Shown: one piece after another, positions 58,761 through 64,000 of the stretch
How the letters are laid out: each line of letters starts with the position of its first letter
How positions within the stretch are numbered: position 1 is the stretch's first letter
Source of the DNA: Hydrogenovibrio sp.
GTDB lineage: Bacteria > Pseudomonadota > Gammaproteobacteria > Thiomicrospirales > Thiomicrospiraceae
Assembly: GCA_015484555.1 (NCBI GenBank)
Contig: WFMZ01000071.1
Location: 1,078 to 65,077, forward strand
Length of the DNA: 64,000 nucleotides
Direction of reading: 5' to 3'
Program-made: the position numbers and the translations under genes
The notes under the pieces: model-generated
Database searches by the model: none
The model's input: the letters and a program-made list of their open reading frames with translations, nothing else
Told to the model about the DNA's origin: nothing

Positions 58761-59022
58761 AATGAAATATTTACAACTTTTATCCCACTCAAGCTAGCTA
58801 CCATAATCCATTCGTTTTCAGTAAAGAAGTTCATTACACCTAAGGATCTGAACTTGATAACCACGATATTACACTTAGCGGTAACGCTTTTAATATTTAA
58901 TTTCACGTATGGAAAATGATTTTCCCTCATTTTTTAGCGGTTTATCTTGAAATACAACATTAAAAGCTAATATAATATTCAGCGGAAACTTCATTATTAT
59001 TTTTTATAAGGAATATCAGATT

Positions 59023-59652
59023 ATGAAACGTCATTTATTACCTGCATTATTTGTTGCAGCGAGTATTTTAAGCACACCGGCATTTTCTTCAGAGACTCTT
59101 GAAGGTGTAAAAACAGATTCAGCCTCAATAGAAGCACACCTAGCTAAAAAGAAACAGACTATTGCTCACCACTATTTATCACCTAAACAGGTTTATGAGA
59201 TTAAAAAGAAAGGTGGTAAAAAAGTCTTGTTTGTTGATATTCGTAGCCCTGCCGAGCTTCAATTTGTTGGCTATGCACCATTAGTTGATGGCAATGTACC
59301 TTATATCTTTTTTGATTATTCTGGTTGGGATAACAAGAAAAAAACCTATAAAAGAGAGTTTAACTCTGGGTTTGTTGGTCAAGTAGAAGACCTAATGGAC
59401 AAAACTGGCATTAATAATGGAAAAAATACTGAAATCATTTTAATGTGTCGTTCTGGCGATCGTTCTGCACGTGCTGCAGATATTATGGTTAAAAATGGCT
59501 ATACTAATGTTTGGAGTGCTTATGAAGGATTTGAGGGCGACAAAGCAAAATCAGGTCCACATAAAGGTAAGCGTGTTGTAGATGGCTGGAAGAATGCTGG
59601 TTTACCATGGTCTTATAACCTTCCTGAAGATAAAGCATCCTTTAGTTTTTAA
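59023..59652 (+). CDS. periplasmic rhodanese-domain protein
   Basis: Signal peptide MKRHLLPALFVAASILSTPAFS and rhodanese active-site loop CRSGDRS. Confidence 0.75.
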   Translation: MKRHLLPALFVAASILSTPAFSSETLEGVKTDSASIEAHLAKKKQTIAHHYLSPKQVYEIKKKGGKKVLFVDIRSPAELQFVGYAPLVDGNVPYIFFDYSGWDNKKKTYKREFNSGFVGQVEDLMDKTGINNGKNTEIILMCRSGDRSARAADIMVKNGYTNVWSAYEGFEGDKAKSGPHKGKRVVDGWKNAGLPWSYNLPEDKASFSF

Positions 59653-60133
59653 TGCACTTTAAGGGCTGTACATTCAGTCGATAAGCTGCATGACAAGCGA
59701 TACAACTTTTTTGTAAATTGGCTAGTTGTTTTAAAATAACTATTTTATCTCCCAAACTAGCCGATTCATCTGCAATAGCTTCAAATCCTAAATGCGTTTT
59801 AGGACCTAATTTTATAAACCCAGCGGGAAACTTTTTAGTCAGCGACTTGGGTGTGCCTTTTAACATTTTTATACCCATTTTTCTAGCAACTGTTTCCACT
59901 CTGTCCATATCATCGTCCAAAGAAGCTTCTAAAATAGCTTGACTGGCCATGAGTAGCTCTCGCATTTCAGTTAAAAATAAAACTCTTTCTGACTCTGTTA
60001 CCCAAATAACAACTCTATTATCAGCCGACTTATTAACTGATGCTGATAAAAAATCTTTCTGTGCATAAGCTATCGAGCTCGATAACAACAATATAGCGCT
60101 AAATAGCCAAACCTTTAATTTAATAAATCGCAT
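59642..60133 (-). CDS. class II cytochrome c (cytochrome c'-like)
   Basis: Signal peptide, a roughly 139-aa helical mature part and a single CxxCH (CIACH) close to the C-terminus, as in four-helix-bundle cytochromes c'. Confidence 0.6.
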   Translation of the reverse strand: MRFIKLKVWLFSAILLLSSSIAYAQKDFLSASVNKSADNRVVIWVTESERVLFLTEMRELLMASQAILEASLDDDMDRVETVARKMGIKMLKGTPKSLTKKFPAGFIKLGPKTHLGFEAIADESASLGDKIVILKQLANLQKSCIACHAAYRLNVQPLKCIKN

Positions 60134-60523
60134 ACCGCTTTCCTTTTTATAAGTTCATTCTAAGTATATGTTAAATTGATTAACCAACCGCGCTTTCTGA
60201 ACAAGAACGTCTATTTTTACAAATAATTGTTGTTGCTCACCTGCTTCTAAAATACAGGATAAACAGAATAATAGTCACTATATTTGTTGGCGAGCAGAAA
60301 TAGGAAAGTGTTTATAGCGTGAAGCGATGACTCTCATCAATACTTTTAGAATTTTCCTAGTACAGCCTATTTTTGAATAAGTAAAGCCATTTTAAAATTT
60401 TTAGGAGTGGCATTCATTTTTATCAACCTAGCTATTTATCACAATGTAGATAATTTATTAAACTTTATCAAATCAAAATAGCTGCACGATTAAATAAGCA
60501 TATTATTTTTTAGTATTCACAAT

Positions 60524-60548
60524 TAAAAACAGCCCTAAAAAGGGCTGC
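60524..60548 (-). terminator. Rho-independent terminator after the YebC-family gene
   Basis: Minus strand reads CAGCCCT-TTTT-AGGGCTG followed by TTTTTAATT. Confidence 0.6.
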
Positions 60549-60581
60549 TTAAAGACGTAAAGACAATCCGTTCTAAGATAC

Positions 60582-61301
60582 TTATTCTTCCCCTACGTTA
60601 TGGTAAATCTCCTGAATATCATCCAAATTATTCAAAGCGTCCATAAACTTATCTAAAGCTTCTAAGTCTTCTTCAGACATTTCAACATAATTTTGAGGAA
60701 TAAAGCTAATTTCATCTACCTTCAACTCCAACCCTTCTATCCCGTCGTTTAAAGATTTCAGGGTTTTAAAATATTCATTTGGGGGTGTAAATACGGTCAC
60801 AACCCCCTCTTCACTTTCTACATCGGTGACATCAATATCGGCTTCCATTAACAGCTCTAACACCGAATCTTCATCATCATGCGCAAATTCGAATACGGCT
60901 ACATGATTAAACATATGCCCAACGGTTCCTGGTGTACCTAGCTTAGCTTTAGCCTTGGTAAACACACCACGTACTTCACCAAAAGTACGATTATTATTAT
61001 CCGTCAAACAATCTACAATCATCATGCAACCACCTGGACCAAACCCTTCAAAGCGAACTGTTTGAAAATCTTCGCCCCCAGAGCCGCTAGCTTTTTCTAG
61101 AGCCTTATCAATAACATGTGCTGGCACTTGCGTTTGCTTAGCTTTTTCAATAATACGAGCTAGGCTTAAGTTAGCATCTGGATCAGCGCCACCATTTTTT
61201 GCACAAACATAAATTTCTCTACTTGCTTTTGAGTAAATTTTGGCTTTCATATTTGAGGTTTTCGCCATTGAATCTTTTCGGTTTTGGTAAGCTCTGCCCA
61301 T
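60582..61301 (-). CDS. YebC/PmpR (TACO1) family transcriptional/translational regulator
   Basis: 239 aa. Has VPAHVIDKALEKASG and FEGFGPGG blocks and an acidic C-terminal domain. The N-terminus MGRAYQNRKD diverges from canonical YebC MAGHSKWANIKH. Confidence 0.8.
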   Translation of the reverse strand: MGRAYQNRKDSMAKTSNMKAKIYSKASREIYVCAKNGGADPDANLSLARIIEKAKQTQVPAHVIDKALEKASGSGGEDFQTVRFEGFGPGGCMMIVDCLTDNNNRTFGEVRGVFTKAKAKLGTPGTVGHMFNHVAVFEFAHDDEDSVLELLMEADIDVTDVESEEGVVTVFTPPNEYFKTLKSLNDGIEGLELKVDEISFIPQNYVEMSEEDLEALDKFMDALNNLDDIQEIYHNVGEE

Positions 61302-61544
61302 GATGTCCCTACGAATAAGTTGGTAATGAAAATTTAATAATGTATTTTACAGCGGTATTGAAGATAACACAAAAAAATAGCTCTTTTTTACGAGGCAAAT
61401 CCAAGCCTTGATAAATAGAGCTATCTTGATGTTCCAACAACTGTACCTAACCTATATCTCGTAAATATCCGAACGCCTATGCTATTGAGACTTATCTTAA
61501 TTCGGCTATTCATTAACTTAGGCACTACTTAAAATTTAGCAGAC

Positions 61545-62576
61545 TTAAACAATCAGAAATTTCACTAAAAAATAACCGCCAACAGTCAAGACTAAAAATA
61601 AAATTCCCGCTAAGATAAAGGCGCTTTTTCCTACTTGTTTCATTTTGCTAACCTGAGTTTCCATTCCTAGTGCGACCATTGCCATGGTCAATAAAAAAGT
61701 ATCTAGTTGGTGAATATCAACTATCAATTCATGTGGTAATAAGTCCAGTGAGTTGAACCCACATACCGCAAGGAAGGCGACTGCAAACCATGGAATAGAA
61801 GCAAACCATGAAGAACCTGTTGCTTGAGAAGTCGACTTTTGACGAGCCATCAACCAGCTTACAATTAAGATGACCGGAACAATCATCAATACACGCGTCA
61901 TTTTTTCAATAACCGCATATTGTTGCGCGCTTTCAGACAAAATACTTGAAGCACCAACAACTTGTGCTACCTCATGAATAGTGCCACCAAAATACAAACC
62001 TTTTGCTTCAGCACTCAGTTGGAAAAGGTGTAGATCATCCAAAATAGGGTAAAGAAACATGGATAAAGTACCGAATACGACTACTGTTGCTACCGCAACT
62101 GCCGTTTGATGCCCTTGAGCTTTTGTCACCGGCTCGAGTGCCAATACCGCTGCAGCACCACAGATACCACTTCCCGCAGAGGTAAGCAAAGCTGTTGCTG
62201 GCTCCATTTTCAACATTTTAGTACCTATAAAATAACCTAGAGGCAAAATAGTTCCTACCACAATTACTGCTAACAAAATACCTTGCCAGCCAATCGAAGC
62301 AATTTCTTGTAATGTAATTGAGAAACCATAAAGTATGATGGCTAATCGTAAAATCTTACGAGCCGAAAAATTAATACCTGCATGCCATTCTTGCGGGACG
62401 TGTTGGTGTAATGTATTACCATATATGGCTCCCACGACAATACCAATAATCAAGGGACTTAACCCCAGAGCCGCAATAATACTAATTTGTGCAATAGTAT
62501 AGGATGCAATCGCGAAGAGTGCGACTAGCAGAATACCGTTTAAAGTTTGCCCACGATGAGCTGGTGTAAATAGCAT
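61545..62576 (-). CDS. yeiH: YeiH/UPF0324 family membrane protein
   Basis: 343 aa, about 10 TM helices. Divergent from a LysR regulator as in the yeiH-yeiE arrangement. Has a GGTIHEVAQVV block. Confidence 0.75.
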   Translation of the reverse strand: MLFTPAHRGQTLNGILLVALFAIASYTIAQISIIAALGLSPLIIGIVVGAIYGNTLHQHVPQEWHAGINFSARKILRLAIILYGFSITLQEIASIGWQGILLAVIVVGTILPLGYFIGTKMLKMEPATALLTSAGSGICGAAAVLALEPVTKAQGHQTAVAVATVVVFGTLSMFLYPILDDLHLFQLSAEAKGLYFGGTIHEVAQVVGASSILSESAQQYAVIEKMTRVLMIVPVILIVSWLMARQKSTSQATGSSWFASIPWFAVAFLAVCGFNSLDLLPHELIVDIHQLDTFLLTMAMVALGMETQVSKMKQVGKSAFILAGILFLVLTVGGYFLVKFLIV

Positions 62577-62635
62577 GATTAATACTCCTAATAAATTAAA
62601 TGCTTAGATAATGGGTTTAAGGCGTTATTTTAGGC

Positions 62636-62661
62636 AATAAGATATATAATTAAATCTTATT
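62636..62661. promoter_or_regulatory. putative LysR-type binding site in the divergent yeiH/LysR promoter region
   Basis: Perfect inverted repeat AATAAGAT-N10-ATCTTATT, which embeds a T-N11-A motif. Confidence 0.4.
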
Positions 62662-62688
62662 TATCTATACAAACTATCGGAAAAACTG

Positions 62689-63558
62689 ATGATAAAAGCC
62701 AATTACCTGCTTACCTTTGCCAAAGTTGCTGAGTTGAAAAGCATCTCTCATGCTGCTGAAGCTTTGCACCGTTCTCAACCAGCCGTTTCAGGTCAATTGA
62801 AAGCTTTACAAGAATCCTTTAATCAACCTTTATATCAACGTAAGGGAATGGGAATTGAGCTGACCAGTCTAGGAGAAGCCTTGCTTCCATATGCACAACG
62901 ACAAGCCAAAATTTTAATCGAGGCTAAAACCTTCTGCCTGCAGATGGAGTACAACCAGGTGATCACTTTAAAAGTTGGTGCATCCACCACTATAGCCAAC
63001 TATGCTTTGCCAGCCTTGATTGCAAGATTCCGTAAAGAATACCCCATGATAAGAATTGATGTATTAGTAGGCAATACACAAAAAATTCTGAATAACCTTA
63101 GATCTCTCGATGCTGCATTTATAGAAGGGCGTATACACGGCATCAAAAATAGCGGCTATTTTCCAACTACCTGGAAACAAGATGAGCTTATTGTCATTAT
63201 GCCGAAAAGCCATCCCTTGATGGATATTGAAGAAATAACATTGGAATTACTTTACGAATATCCGCTCATTATGCGCGAACAAGGGTCGGGAACAAGAGAG
63301 ATGATTGAACTAATTTTCAAACAGAGATTAGATTTAAACCTTGAACCTATTATCGAGCTTTATAGCACCGAATCCATTAAAGAAGCCGTCAGAGTAGGGC
63401 TAGGCATAGCGCTAGTTTCCAAGCTTGCGGTGAAAACCTTACCGCCAACGATTCTCTGGAGAAGTTTGAACGAGGGAAGCCGTATGATAAGACCTTTGTC
63501 GATGTTGTTGCCCGACTTAGGTGCAAATACTCATTGGATTAGGGCTTTTATTCGTTAG
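62689..63558 (+). CDS. LysR family transcriptional regulator
   Basis: N-terminal HTH (FAKVAELKSISHAAEALHRSQPAVSGQLKALQE) and a C-terminal LysR substrate-binding domain. Confidence 0.85.
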   Translation: MIKANYLLTFAKVAELKSISHAAEALHRSQPAVSGQLKALQESFNQPLYQRKGMGIELTSLGEALLPYAQRQAKILIEAKTFCLQMEYNQVITLKVGASTTIANYALPALIARFRKEYPMIRIDVLVGNTQKILNNLRSLDAAFIEGRIHGIKNSGYFPTTWKQDELIVIMPKSHPLMDIEEITLELLYEYPLIMREQGSGTREMIELIFKQRLDLNLEPIIELYSTESIKEAVRVGLGIALVSKLAVKTLPPTILWRSLNEGSRMIRPLSMLLPDLGANTHWIRAFIR

Positions 63559-63801
63559 TGTATAGAGTTAATGACTACGCCACCAAATGATTGAACCTTA
63601 TCACGACCCAAAAATATGAGTAGAGTAGGTTAAAATAATAGCACTGAAAATTAAAGTGGACAACGAAACCATCTCAACATCCACCCTCGAAAATACGAGG
63701 AGAAAAGTAGCCTATTGTGCTATTTTTAGGAAAAGCTAGTGATTTATTAGCAACTTAAATATATGTTTAATGCTATATGTAAAAAGCTCTTTAACTTAAC
63801 T

Positions 63802-64000
<199 letters not shown>

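Noticed and set aside
58748-58930. 60-aa minus-strand ORF in the aldehyde dehydrogenase/rhodanese spacer
   Set aside because: It has no Shine-Dalgarno sequence and an AT-rich composition typical of a spacer. I recognise no motif.

Overview
AT-rich (judged by eye, not computed) gammaproteobacterial chromosome segment, densely coding and mostly housekeeping. I support about 58 protein genes, one tRNA-Lys(UUU), two transposase remnants and several intrinsic terminators. Recognisable blocks are listed in order. (1) 1-6.7 kb is an accessory-looking left end. It holds a truncated membrane protein, an IS481/IS3-type remnant, glutamate decarboxylase, an IS30-type remnant, a periplasmic-sensor GGDEF protein and an orphan two-gene membrane/secreted cassette. 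(2) methyltransferase-rnhA-M23 peptidase lies divergent from gloB-mltD-slt. (3) relA and feoABC, the latter with a Fur-box promoter. (4) hrpA, an ETHE1-like persulfide dioxygenase, an FKBP isomerase and dnaQ. (5) A GAF-GGDEF-EAL protein, nadE and sucCD. (6) A DAACS symporter, a rhodanese, pgpA, argG, psd and glnB. (7) A small membrane protein-DtxR/MntR-ntrB-ntrC-unknown gene string. (8) tRNA-Lys, then queC-ybgF-pal-tolBARQ-ruvBAC-nadA-aspS, all on the minus strand. (9) DUF502, an SDR, a patatin/Omp85 (PlpD-like) protein, DUF779-aldehyde dehydrogenase, a periplasmic rhodanese, a cytochrome c'-like protein, a YebC-family protein, yeiH/LysR and the 3' end of serS. I do not see a convincing new multi-gene system such as a defence island, CRISPR array, prophage or biosynthetic cluster. 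The observations most worth follow-up are these. (a) A REP-like repeat family I cannot name, core GACCCACCCCTGGCGATTTTT, has at least 11 copies: singletons, two inverted pairs bracketing sucCD, copies bracketing ruvC, and one exact copy inside the hrpA reading frame. (b) A compact promoter-to-terminator unit between slt and relA predicts a roughly 90-nt minus-strand sRNA with a CCUCCUC (anti-Shine-Dalgarno-like) stretch. (c) gadB is flanked by two different IS remnants. (d) The orphan translationally coupled membrane/secreted gene pair. (e) A DtxR/MntR-type metalloregulator is translationally coupled to ntrBC. All functional calls rest on reading the translated ORFs and motifs from memory; no database search was possible.
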